From: Auanema rhodensis
Taxonomy: Eukaryota; Animalia; Nematoda
Direction: 5' to 3'
DNA: 64,000 nucleotides
Assembly: GCA_964057225.1 (NCBI GenBank)
Contig: OZ059897.1
Location: forward strand, 9,982,001 to 10,046,000
Shown in pieces: positions 37,121 to 51,100 of the stretch; the first letter of the stretch is position 1, and the number at the start of each line of letters is the position of its first letter. A program made the position numbers and the translations under genes. Under the pieces are notes generated by a model, which worked only from the letters and a program-made list of their open reading frames with translations, had not been told where the DNA came from and made no database searches.

Positions 37121-39954
37121 AATCATCGTCATCTTCCAACGACTTACATGAAGAACTAGGGAGAACTAAAAGAGAAAGCCAAGTAAGAGAATTAAGAGAA
37201 AAACAGAAAGAAAGAGAAAAAAAAGAAGAGGAACTACTTAGGAATACTGTAGAGAAATTTTGCAGCTACAGCTATTGCAGACAGTGGAGATGAAACAATA
37301 ATCAGAAATATTTGAGTGTTTTCATGCTAATATCCAGTTCAGACATAGTAGTTTACTTCTACCAAATGTTGAAATATCTGTTTTCACTCATTTTCAGGTT
37401 AGACGATATCACAACGAGCCATGGTTTATAATCATGATCAACCTACTCACACTTTCCAATTTTGAACTTTGCCATTCTAGTCAAATTATCTTATCAAGAC
37501 ACAGCATGGCTTATTTGGCTTTTAATATTATTTGGCAAATGATTATTCAACACAACCCTTAGATATTAATGTTCCGATACGCAAGCAAAGAGGAAGGCCT
37601 TGAACCTGAAGCATAGCCTTACAACCAAATGGGTTTGGGTCCCATTTAGTAACTAATATGGTCTAATTTTCTGAACATGATGACGTTTGAAGTGCAGCAG
37701 ATCAGAATCTTTTATGTTATGCTAAACAAGATTTCTGACGAATCTAATGAATTTCAGATCTTCAGGAACTAAAAAGTTCTTGTTCCCCATCTGTTGGTTT
37801 ATGAAAGCCTCTACTGTTAGTAGTACTTTCAAAATACTCTTATCATTTGCTGCTGACGTAGAAAAATATTTTGTACGAACAAAGTTTAAGCTTGAATGAG
37901 ATCAAAGTATCTCGTGTGGTTATGAGTTTTGCGAACATGATACCGTAGCAATAGATTCAAACAAGCTTTACCCTCCTTTCTTACTGCATGTTAACAGTTT
38001 ATAAAAATGTACAGGATATGTATTGTTCACAAAAAAGAACACTAATTGATACAAATGAATCAACTAGCAAATAACACGATAATTTGATAAAAAGAAAAAA
38101 AATTATTATAAATTTCTGAATTTACTAAGATGATCGTCTTTCGTAGTTTTTGATGTGTGCTCTTAGTTAGTTGCTTTGTTTCTCATTCCATTTTTCTACT
38201 GATCATACATGAGCATGTACAACCAATTACCGTATACTTTGCCTAAGACACACGCATGTAGCTACTTCTTTTCTTACTTTTTAATCTTTATTTATCGAAT
38301 TATATTGTATTATTCTGATTATTATTATAACTTTTTTTATATTTTCAATCAATCTCGTCATATTTTAGTCGTAACAGATTACTATGAACCTTCAGAACTA
38401 CTTGATCGAGAAGACTATATACACGTAGAAAGTACTATTGCCCCCGAAGACGTATGCATGTATATGGTCTTTGCAGACATACGTATCCATTATATATGGA
38501 TGGAATTAGATTTTTGCAAAAAAAATCAAAGAAATTCGTTTTCTAGTCATTGAGGAACTGTTCCATTGGTAAAAAGATCTTTTGATTTTCAATTTAAGGA
38601 ATACGGAAAGTAGAAAACCTAACCACACACTTCCCCACTAGTTCATAATCGAATTAACATACTGTCTATCTTTAGGCATATCAGACTTTTCAAATTTGAA
38701 GAAAATTGCCGAAAAATTTTTTAAAGATCGCTGATCAAATTTCTGAATGAACCAGAAATTAAAGGGGGTGGCTATGTGGATATTTCCTATATCGAAGCCA
38801 GGGGGGCCCATAAACTGACGAATTCCTCTGATTTTAATCTAATAGTCTGCTTATAAGTATGACTATTCAGTTTTCGAAATTTCGAATTAATTCTTAAAAT
38901 TTTTTATCGTATAGTAGTGTGGGGAGTGGGGGTCTGTTTATAAGCAAACAACTTAACGATAAAAATGATAAGAGACGTTTAGTAGAAGAGGTTAATTCGT
39001 AGAATACTGTCAGTAAAAAAACTTGATAAAACGGATGAGATTTGGAAAACAAAGGCTGCAATTTTCTTTTGAGTTGTATTCTAGGAACATAGGATGAATC
39101 TATGTTTGTTTCGCAACAATGATTCATTTTGTTTGTTGAAGACTTAGAGAGTCAAACTGATATTATATAATTACTCATTTGTTTGGAGAATTTCGTCGGT
39201 CCTTGTCATCTAGTTGTGATTGAACTTCTACGGCTTACATCATCATCATTATCATCATCAACATTATCGACGTTATTACGGTGATCTCGATCTAACTAAA
39301 GAAATTTTGTTTTATTTGTTTCGTACTGCCAGTTCCTGTTTCTTATTAGACGATTTCGTTCATTGTTAGAAGTTTGTCCGAAATAACTGGCTACAATTAT
39401 CCTCGACCTCTGATGATAATCAGTTTTACTCGTATGGAAGGTTCAGAGCTTACCAGACGACCAGTAACTAGCCAACCTTTAGGCTACCCAGCTTGTTTCT
39501 ACCTTACCTCAAACTGGTAAAACCACTTATTGTATGAATTTACTACGTAACTCATACTAGTTCAAAAATGAAAACATTAAACTTAAAAAGAAAGTTTAAA
39601 AAATGAAAATTCACGAAGTTTCTTTGAGGGGCCATCAGGGAAAGGGAAGAAAAAATGAAATTATATTGTACCAATTTCATCATGTTTCACTGATGCAGAA
39701 AAAAGTTTTATCAATTAGGTGCAGGACAGAGTTTATGTGATCGCTTGTTTTCACAATCACACATACTTTTTTCTTTCTAGGATTTTATACGAAGTATCAC
39801 CTGGTTCAGAAAAGCATTGGTGTTAAATCACCTAGGTGTTTGTTACGTCCAAGAAAACAAGACAGAAAACTTCCGCTGAGATTTAGAAAACGGAATGAGA
39901 GTACAAAACTGATTGTTGGAATTTGTTTGAATGGAGAAGAAAAGAAGAAAGGAA

Positions 39955-40030
39955 CGAAGACGACGTTGGCGCTGCTGCTGCTGCTGCTGCTGCTGACGAC
40001 GACGACGACTACAACGACGACGACGCCGAT
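39955..40030. repeat. (GCT)n/(GAC)n compound trinucleotide repeat
   Basis: gctgctgct...gacgacgac runs. Confidence 0.9.
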
Positions 40031-42036
40031 GTGTATATGTGTGTATATGTGTGCGTTGGAAACAGAGAGCGAAATAGGAATACCACGTGTGGAGAATCAT
40101 GGGGATATCACGTGAACAACGACTTTTATCTACTCGAGCTTATTGTCAATGTGCGAAAAACTTATGAAATATATATTTATATATAATATAAATGTATATT
40201 TTTTAAATAAGTGCATTTTGATATACTGTACCAAAGTATCGTACATTACAAAAATTCGTTGGCATTTCGGTCAAGCATGTGGGTGTTCAATTGTAAACAG
40301 ATCAGAAATAAGTTAGGAGCCACTAAAAATAGATCATAAAGAGTCAGCATGAAACATGAATAAACTCATCTGATTCTCTTTAAAATCGTCCTAGTAAAGT
40401 GCTCACCTTTTGTGTGATAGTTATTATTAATGCCTTCTTTTTATATAAAACAAAAAATTTCGAAAATAGTCGAATATCTAATTCAAATCTGAAACAACCG
40501 TTCGTGAATCTAAAATAAGGGGGAAATGTAATGATTGAAATGTCACGTATTTGTTCACGTGAAACATTAATGGCTGTTAGATCTATCATGATATGTGAAA
40601 TGAGGGGAATATTCTAATTTTGAGATTGACGTTCCTTTATACATTTTTGGCTAAAAATCGTCATTTCAATGTGTTTTTTTTTGAATTTTTAATGACTGAA
40701 TTTTGGGAAATTATTCAATCAATATCATTAACACAAGACAACTTTTTTATGTTTTGTATACAAGTGATGTGTTAACTAATCATAGAGTCTGTAACTTGGA
40801 AACATATGAGACTTTATCATCAATTCTATTGAATTTAGGGATTCAATTTGTTTTTTTTTTGAAAGAAACAGGTAAAACTAAGAAACACAATGACATGAAT
40901 GATAGATATTTATCAGTTGACTTGTCGAATTGTGTTCGAAAACTGATGTATTCAGTAATGACAATTTGCCATTAATCTTATATGACGCAGATGGACAATT
41001 TATTTGAAGAACTATTTTTATTCCTCTGTCTGATGAATGAATAGTGGGTGGAGGGTGGAATAGTAAAAGAAACAAATCGGTTCACGTGCTTATGATAAAA
41101 CACTCAACCGCCTTCTCCTTTAGCTGATAACAAGTTGAGCGATTTATGTATGTATGATGCTTGGCCAAGAACATCAAATGATTGTTACTGCCTTTTCATC
41201 GTTTATCATTTGTTATATTGGTTAACGATATAAAAAATGAAAAATTATTATATGATTGGTAAAGTACGTCCATTGAAAAATTTTGAAAATTAATTAGGAT
41301 CATAATGTGATGATATTTACAATCATGAGAACAACATGTATTTTTGGTTTTTAGTCCAATTCAACTCTGGTCGAGAAGATGTTGGGCTCGAATAAACTTT
41401 CATCTTATCAAGGAAGTTCACTATCAATGTTTCTTTGTTATTATTTCTATCATTGTTTTAGTCTAGTTCTCTTTTCAGCTTGTACTGGTCAGCAAACTAA
41501 CTTATAAGGACATTTTTACCAGAATATACGGCATCGTTTTCCAGTTTTTAGCTGGAACTGCTTCTCAAGAAGGATACTATATAGAAAGCAAAAGCAGTTC
41601 ATGTATTAAACCAAGGACATTAATTGACTTCTAGTTTACTGGTCCTAGTATGTTTGAAAAGAAGAAATATAGTTATTAGGTATTCAAGAGTTCATGTAGT
41701 CTAGCGTAAACTCTAGCTGATGCCAGGTTCACCTGTTGCATCTTCTTGACCGACCACTATATGACCCAGTTGTAAGAGAATTAACAGTTTAAATATGAAG
41801 TAAAGTAAGTAAAGACAAATTTTCGTATTGTTACAATCTGCATGTACAGATTACGTGCTTCTCTTGTTTTCCAAGCTTTTACCATTGAGAGTATTTTGTT
41901 GAACCTCGTGCACAGTGATTCTTATCAATGAGATAAAGAAGCAATGATCATAAATAAAATTTTGATCCAATTTTGATAATAACTTGATTTCTTTACTGAA
42001 AATTTTTTTGGTAATTTTTATATTTAGAAAACAGTG

Positions 42037-42067
<31 letters not shown>

Positions 42068-42479
42068 TAATACCGTATTCTAATTGGAACCTGATGGAAA
42101 AAGAAGAACAAAATAAACATCATTACTTACTACTTGATATGATGATGCGACATTGTGCAAAATTCTTGTTGATGCTAGACTTCGTACAAGGGTAAAAAAG
42201 AATAAATTAAGCAGGTAAATGAAAGAAAAGAATTTTTTACTTCTTTTTGTTTCTATTAATCAATTTACAGTTGTAAGCTGTTTTTCATTTTTTCAAAAAA
42301 AACATACATAATGCCATCATATAATAATATATTGTTATACAAAGAGAATATTTGTAAAATGCAATTAAGGGGGGTAGTAGTATGAAGGAAAGGGAGGGAC
42401 GGAGGGAAAGAGGGAGAGGGGGATGTTCAAAATCTTTATTATTATTATTATTATTATTATATTCATTCATGCTATTTCT

Positions 42480-42640
42480 GAAATTAAAATGCTAAGCTCT
42501 CATTATGGCTCTAGCTTCTTGATATCCAGACAGTATATGTTCGCAGATGACGTGCAGAAAAGCTTGCCAAACTTTAAGATCTTCCTTCGACACACCTCCG
42601 ATTTCCTCCAATTCTTCTAGCATAGCAACCATAAATTCAT
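42480..42640 (+). mobile_element. Possible degenerate non-LTR retrotransposon RT fragment
   Basis: QYMFADDV (42531-42554) resembles the LINE RT [YF]ADD motif; no intact ORF. Confidence 0.3.
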
Positions 42641-45600
42641 CCCAATAAACGATCTAAAATCATGTAATAAACAATTTTATCTTTCCTCGTGTATGTGTTA
42701 ACATCGATTATGCTTTATGACAGTATGTCGTCAGAGGTGAGGTGGGGGGGGGGGGGGGACGTGAGAATTTTTTGTATTTCGTTACTATTTAAGGTGATGT
42801 TAATGGTGTTGGTGATGGTGATGATGGTGTATGATGATGATGATGATGTTAGCAAACTATTCCAGATTGTTTACGAAACTGTCTGGCACCGTCACACAGA
42901 TGATAACATAGTATGATGTTAACGTTGTCTTGATAACGGTTGATGTGCTTGTTATTAGGAAGAGATGAACATATTTGATTCCCCCCCCCCTCTCTTTGTT
43001 CAATTTTTCCATTTTCTATATAATCAAGTGCTGCAAACAATATGTATACATAAAACATAATTGTTCGTTAATTTTAGAAAATAGTATAAAGGTGATATGG
43101 CCAAGGTTTTTTTATTTTTAGGACAATTAGACGAAATTGTATGACCACTCATGGACTTTATAGCAATCAAGGTCATAAAGTTAGGAACTAAACTATATAA
43201 TTGCAAAAGTCCATGGTGATAGATGAAGCAGGACTTATGAAGTTCATGAAGAAGTTCATGAAATACATACATATGTCAGATTTCATGGACGAAACATAGA
43301 TCGTTCTCAACGACGGTATTGCAAGCTTTTTAAGAACAATTATTGCAGATAACTGCCCTGCTTAGTTCTTTCCAACATATTTTTGATGAAGAGCAGAATA
43401 AGAGAATGTAAGTGAATGAGAGAGATGGTTTTAACAGAGAGAAGATCAAACGAGAAAGAGAGAGATTGGGTTAGATAGAAATAAAAAACTGAGAGAGAGA
43501 GAGAAAGAGAGAGAAAGAGAGAGGGAGAAAGTAGTGGGAAAAAGGTTGACGTATAGAGATCGACGATCGGAAAGATATCTGAAAAGACGATCGAAAATTG
43601 CACCTTCTTCTTTGGGTCTTTATAGGTTAGGGATCGATTTTGGCTTTTAAACGCAATAGTTTAACAAAACTTCAAAATACTTATGGCCATTCTGCATTTT
43701 GAAAATATATTAAAAACAATTACGTTTTCTTTATCGAAGAGACAGGTTTCAAAACGGTCTTGCGAAGATTTTCGAAATTTCTTAATAATTTTCGAATTTC
43801 AAGGGAAATTTCAGGTTTTTCTTTTAGCAGTTTACAAGATATATTGTACCTTGAACGGCTCCTTCGAGTAGGCAGCATGCTGCTGTCCCATAGTATAGCA
43901 TGAATGTTTGAATTCCGAAATATTAGATATAAGATCTTCCTAGAAACAAATGCAAGCTTGCAGCATAAAGGTTGTCTTCAAACCATAATTAAGCAAGAAA
44001 ACCAGCTTGTTATCCTATTTGCTAATTGGCCCAATACAAAATCTCTTTCTTCATCATTTTGTGCATGAGATCTACTGGACATGAACACATCTCTCATGCC
44101 CTCATTTCTTCGAATTACATTCAATAAAACCTGCAAATTGGTTCAAAAAGTAAACTTTGAATCATACTATTTGAGGAAAAACCTTATGAAAATATTCCTG
44201 TTGAGAGATAATACAGGTATTCCAAATATCTCGAATGCGTTGAGGTTGGACACGTGGTCGACCACGAATTCTATCCAGCAGGGCTCCCATTATAACAATC
44301 TTGGCATTATAAAACTACAAAACAGCTTATTCAAGTAAAGTTTCTCTGAATGAATAATTAAAATATTGTACATATTAAACAGATAACCGTATAAAACTAT
44401 TTTAAATATTTCATAAATATCAAAAAAATATTAATAGGATTTGTGAGTTGAAGCGGAAATAAAAATGTCGGTCAAATGAAGGGTGCAGGAGCCGAATGGA
44501 AAAGCTATAAGTCTTGAACTCACCGAAGGTCTGTCCAAAGAAGGATTTTTATTGAAGACAGTAATTGTTTTTGACAATCTGTGGTTCAAGCCATTAACCT
44601 CTCGCTTGTCTGCTAAAACACTTGCAGGGTGCAAAATGTGAGGTAGAACTCTAAGAACAACATCACGTGTTAAGAAAATATTTAAGGGAAAATGTATATT
44701 TACTATATTCAACTTCATATGTTTCAAGTTGTTGCAGAATTACATTTTAAAATTTGAAATAAGAAGAATATTTTAATAATTATACTGTATAAACATTTAA
44801 TTTGTATATAAGAAAAGAAGAAATGCCATAGAAAATGAGAGATTAAGCGTTTCTAATTTCTGATTTCTTCTCAATATTTTTATATAAAATTATCAATTTT
44901 ATTTTATTTATAATTTAAATAATATTTATAATTATTTATTAATAAAATCAGTTTAATCTTTATATTTATTTTATTCAATTCACATCAAAATACATGGCCA
45001 ATTAAATCTTAAAATTCACTTATATGTAGTTCATAAACTAATAAAATTCATAATATTACAAAACTAATATTTTTGAATTTTATTTAAATTCTATTCAATT
45101 TTATTAAAAAGTTTGTGATTTTTAATTATTTTAATAAATTATTATATCTTATGGTATCAGAAATAGTATTTTAATATTCTTGTGAATAGTGATAAACGAA
45201 TATTGAATTAACTCAATCCTCCTCCCCCCCTCGATAAGCTTAACCTTAAGCTTTAGAAAAATAGAAATAAAAACAAAATTCTGGAAAAAACACTACAATT
45301 TTTTTTCTGTGAGTTTTCTAGCAAAATCTTCTCTATTTTTCTCCTTCATACCGTCCTCCATATGTGCATCGACAGATGAGAAGATTTAAAAGTTTAGCTT
45401 TTCAATGTTAAGCTTTTCGAAAAAATTTTAACAAAAAAAAAGATTTAAATAAATTTTTATTCTATTAACGTTAAAATAACATTTTGAAAAAACTAATGAA
45501 AGCATAAATTATTTTTTAAATTTACTAAATAATTCTTTAATTACGAAGAGAGAGAGAGAGAGAGAGAGTAACTTGATGAATCAGCTTGATCCATTCAAAG

Positions 45601-46304
45601 AGTATCACTTGATACCTGTGTTATGTATGAAATGAACTATGATTTTCTAAATTCTCCACTATATTCCAACATTTTCTCCTCTAGCCTCATTGCAAATTAT
45701 TTAAAAAAAAAAGAAGATTTCTTTTAAATTTCAGGTGACTGATGGTAGAAAAAAAAATTCGAGCTGTTTAAACACCTTAAAACCTAAAATGCTGTCGGCG
45801 GATTAAGCATTAAATAAGTTGGACATTGAAACTGAGGAAATCTAGCATTACATTCTCTGCTCAAAATCTATATTTCCCTTTTCCTAATTTCTATTTTCTT
45901 CATCATCTGCCCCCACCTTCATCATCTTCTCTTTATTTCTCTTGCGATCGTCACATTACAGCAGTGGAGTAGGCGCGCCCGACCGGAAACGATTCTCGCT
46001 CTGTCTTCCCCTTTAACCGCTTTTTCGTCCAATATCAGCAACAGCAACCAGACAGCAATTCATCCATCGTTGCCTTGATTGAATATAAACTTCTATATTG
46101 ATTGAACGTTTTAATTTCCAGCAAAACTGTACATTTTAATTTGAAATGCTTGAACTATATTTGAGTACTAGCCATGAAATACTTTTTCATTTTTGAGCTT
46201 ATCCACCTCAATTATCTTTATTTTTTCATGTAAAAATTCATATCATACTTTCTTACTATCACAATCCGCCACAAAATTTTCTGTTCACTTACATTCCTGC
46301 TACC

Positions 46305-46307
<3 letters not shown>

Positions 46308-46370
<63 letters not shown>
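46308..46370. repeat. (CT)n microsatellite
   Basis: ctctct run. Confidence 0.95.
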
Positions 46371-46373
<3 letters not shown>

Positions 46374-48157
46374 ATCACATTCTCATATACATTCACAATT
46401 GTGTATTGCTTTGGTTCTTCATTATCATAGAATCCAGTTTTTGCTTCACTTGCAATGGTAATAATGTTATATTGTCACCAATTTTGCTATCTGAATTTCT
46501 TTTTTCAATTTTTAAATATTTTTTCATAATATTGTTGTTAGACGGAAGCTATCATAATAAACTACATATTCAAGTCTCTACTACACTAGTCATAAAAGAC
46601 AGAACGATCTATCAGGCTCTTCCGATATTCTCTTCTTCTTCTATTTTTATCTTTACTATCCCGCATTAGATTCCAAAAAAATGTATATATTTCTCTATAT
46701 TCAGGTTGGAAACCAGTTATAATATGTTCTATTATACTAAACGTTCAGTTTGTGTAGTACCGATCATTGCAACCTTCTGTTCTTGTAGTAACTAAATTGG
46801 GAATCTCGGGTAAATGACAATCCTAAACCATCGAAGTTTAAACTTGTTAATAGCTCTTTCTTTGAAACGTTTTACAAGGAACCTGCTATCCTTTACTGTT
46901 CATACTCCTCCATTTCTTTCCTGATTGAAAGAAACTTCAGCTAGTATCTTGAAATTTTCTCCGTTACACACTCTTTTTGTCTTTGGTTTCATAATACTTG
47001 TTCGGCTCATAGCAATCGAACCAGATTGAATAGTTGGTAATCATTTCTTCTAACCGTGATATTCTTCATTATATTGCTAACAATAGTAGAAATTTAATAT
47101 GCGAATTGAGTCGGTTATTACAAATCGAAATCAATACTAATAAAACCAGGAACAGCTTGTCATCGTTATGAATAATATCTTTTTCCGCATCTTGACCTTT
47201 GCTTGAACACACAATTTCTCTCCTTCTCCCTATTTTACTATTCTCTTCGCTTTTATTCTCTTTTCTCTCATTTTATGCCATATCTCCTTTTCGTTCATCA
47301 TCTGTCCATCTGTTCCTCTGTATTCCCCGTCCTCTCTTAGTAAAGGGTCAGCCAATTAGCATTAGCACATATTATCGATTTTGTGTTCACCACCCACGCA
47401 TAGTTCTGAACGCTATTTCTATCAACTTATTCTGTTCAGCTTAACATATTAAAATTTTAATTATTCTGCATAATCTGGTATTGTATGTATGTCGTCAATC
47501 CAAAAATGTGGATGATTCTATTTATGGAACGTTAAAAGTACTATTTTTTACACTTCCTTCTCGTTTTTCTCTTTGAACTTACATCCAATTAACAGTGATT
47601 GTTTTCTTCAGTGAATTTTAATAACTTTGCTCATTTATATAATCAAAAATGAATGCTATGTTCATTTTTTAACTAATGTCATGATATTCTTTGTGTATAT
47701 GTTACATTTGTGAGTAACAATCACTTATCCTATTATGAATTTCCTTCAAATGTCTTAATCAATACGAATTGTAATATGGAGCAGCGCTAGTTTGAGTTGT
47801 TCAATGTCATAGCACTAATCCCCGAGGAATATTTTGCTTCGATAAAAGAGTTGTAGTGTGCATTTGAGTTACAGTTCTAATTTCGCGTAAAGATGTTAAG
47901 TAGGAGAGGAAACGATAATTAAATCTGCTCTCCGCCGAATATTGCTTCTTTCGAAGAGTTTTATTAAATTATATTCCGCTCCCTGATTTCTAATTGTCAA
48001 ATCGTACAATGTTCGAATGTCAACACTTTATTTTAGTTTCTTATTTAAATCGTATGCTTGTTCTCATGATTGAACTCTTTACACAACAAAGAACTCACCA
48101 AAATATTTGTTTTACATTTATTTTTCAGATAAATAACATGAGTTTGATAAATTAGAT

Positions 48158-51100
48158 ATGTTAAAAGGCTATTGGATATGGTATTCTTCTTTCATTATTT
48201 TACTCCTGAGGCATGAATTAGTGCAGGTTAGTATAACAATGCTTTAATTATGTTATTATTTGAATCTTCAGGCCACATCGCCCAGAGTTGTATCCAATGT
48301 AACGAACATCAAACGACCTAAAACAGCTGATGAGTTGGGTTAGTACGAACTTTTAGTTCTAATTCTATTTGCTAAATGGAATTTTTATTTTATTTTGTGT
48401 TACTCCAAAAAGTATTGTTCTTTTGTAGTTCTACATTTTGATGCTTAGTCATAAATTGCTCTTAATTATTAGTATTCATTGTATATTTTTTGTTATCTAA
48501 GGTGTTCCTAAATGCACTAGCAATTACAATTGCGTAAATAATGGAGCTTGTGTTCGTGATGCTGACGGCAACGGTCGGTGTCTGTGCCCCAAAAGTTGTA
48601 CAGCATGTAAGTATCATAGTTCTTATACACTCTTATATTTGGTTAATTGTTATAGTGATACCAATCACTTGTAAATATCAACGTGATGATTCGTCATGTC
48701 TTGCCATGGGTGAAGACTATTCCCGGAAGTATTCCATTGCTGAACCAACCTGTCACAGAGTAAGACTTGTATTGTTTTCCTTTTATTAACTATTAAAAAC
48801 TGTTTAGTCGAGATGTATATGCCCTCCTATGTTTGAGCCTATTACAAATACAAGATTTCCTATAAAGAACTTGCTTCCCACCAAATGTGACAAACGTTTG
48901 TTGATGATCGAAGATGAATTTTAAATGTTTTGTTTTCAGGAGAGCTTCAGGTCATTGGTGTTGCTCATCCATCTGATTCAGTTTATAAGGGGGCGGATGT
49001 TATTTTGTACTGTTGCATAAATATTGACCCTATAAATCATATTGATGCAAGTGGGGTAAGTATTTCGCCTATAATTTCATTGTAATTTTGTTATTTTACA
49101 GGTAACATTTGTCCAAAATGAAACTGTAACACGGGAACCGACCAAACACCCATTCCGTGATGTAAGATGCTTTTCTGTTTCTTTTTCTTCAATGTATTAT
49201 TATAGTTGTTATCTGAATACGAACAGCTCATAACACCCTCATGTTGGGAATTGGAAATTAAAAATGTCCAACTTTCTGACAGTGGTTCATACATGTGCAT
49301 AGTAAATCCATCTTCAAATTATACACCAGTCAATTACACTATTGAGTTTCAAGTGAAAGGTAATTTTTAATTTTTTTAGTTTCTCTCAAATAGGTAGTTT
49401 GGTAAATATTCTAGAACATGAAAAGCGTCACTACGCTTGGTTTAAAAGAACCAAAAAATTGAATAAATTAGGAAAGTGTAAGTAATGCATAGTGTTGTTC
49501 AGTTGTTTTGTGTCGTGTTGTGATATATATATTAATATTAACAACGACTATATCATGCATGATTTCTAAGAAAGCTTCAATACATATTCGCGCATTCATA
49601 TATTTTTCTGAATAGCTCTGTGGATCAAATCATAATTGTTGATTTTCAGCTCCACGAATGATTCAGAATCTATCTATTCATGCTAATGAAACTGCTGCTA
49701 ATATTACGTGGGATATTCAGGAGGGACCGCAATTGAAAATTGATTTGAAGTAAAATCAGTGATCGAGTTAAGATTTAATTTGTTTCTCTTAAGGTTGTTA
49801 CGGCGTACCGGCTATGAAGGAAAAGAAGTTTGGTCTCAAGAAAACTCCATTTCTCCCGTAACAATAGGTTTGGAATGTTGCAGTACATTATAATCAAATA
49901 TTCCGTTTTAGGGAGTCTTCGCGCTGCAACGCCATATACTTTGTTCGTTAGTGTGAAAGATGGTCAACTCGAGCCCTTCCAACTTTCTGAGCATTTCACA
50001 ACACTCGAAACAAGTATATTATTAAATATAGCATTTCCATTTTTTGAAAATTCAATTTCAGAACCATTACCACCGAAATTTGTTGGTGTTCGTGTTGGCT
50101 ATAACTCTGGTCCTTCAAATAGTGGTTCGTTTTTGAATTGCGAAGTTGAATGGAAAGCTCCAGCATTGACAAATGGAAGAATTGTGAAATATTATGTAAT
50201 GCTTTTCAAGTTTTAAGCATACTTATCTCATTATTCAGGTTCGTGTACGAGGACAACTCAGGAAATCTAAAGTTGGAGGTCCATTAGTTCAAGATGATTT
50301 TCCACCTTCTGTTGACAAAAGATGCGCTAATTGGGATGAGACAGAACAGGCAGTAAACGGAATCAATCCTATAGAGTTTTCAAGTGATTTATATTTCTGT
50401 AAATATGGACCATTGAAGGTATAACATAATCTTTCTTACACACTAGAATTATTGTTTTTAGCCTAACCGAAATTACACAATTACTGTTTGGGCTGAGAAT
50501 GCTGCAGGAAAATCTTCTCCTGTGACATTTCCGAAAACCTGCGTTACTCACTATGCTGAGCCTGATGAAGTAGAGTTCTTTTTCTTTTCAATTTATTTTT
50601 TTACTTCTCAGGTTGATAAGCCAATCACATCTGCAGGAAGTAACCATTCTTCATTTTCTCTTGCATTTGTTAAAAAACCTGAGGATATAAATGGGCCGAT
50701 AAGGTTTGTTAATTTAAGTTTTAAAGCTCTTAATTTAATTTTTTTTGTCTTAAGCTGCTACTATATTGCTGTTGTTCCTTTACCTAAAAACGTATCTCTT
50801 GATACTCTGCCTCAACCACCTAATATTGCAATGGATACTCATACTAAGGTAATTCATGATCGTTTTAATTTGATACTAATGAAGAATTCTAGGCATTTTC
50901 AAACAATCTTCAACCATATTCTGAACGGAAAGTATACTTCGCTTACATTGCTGAGAGTTACACCCAGCTACCAGATCATACAGTGATTGGCGACGATCTT
51001 TTCATTCCAGGAATCAAACAGTGCAACATGCTGTAAACAAGGAAAATCTATATGAAAACTTATAAATATAAATTTCAGATATTTGAGTAGATATTCTGTG

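Noticed and set aside
39840-40186. Overlapping poly-L/T, poly-Q/R and poly-A/D ORFs
   Set aside because: All arise from the (GCT)n(GAC)n repeat.
37200-48100. Possible hidden gene in the 11-kb interval upstream of clr-1
   Set aside because: I could not build a phase-consistent exon chain. It looks like regulatory DNA with decayed repeats; a GC-rich patch near 45940-46070 may be a clr-1 promoter but is unsupported.
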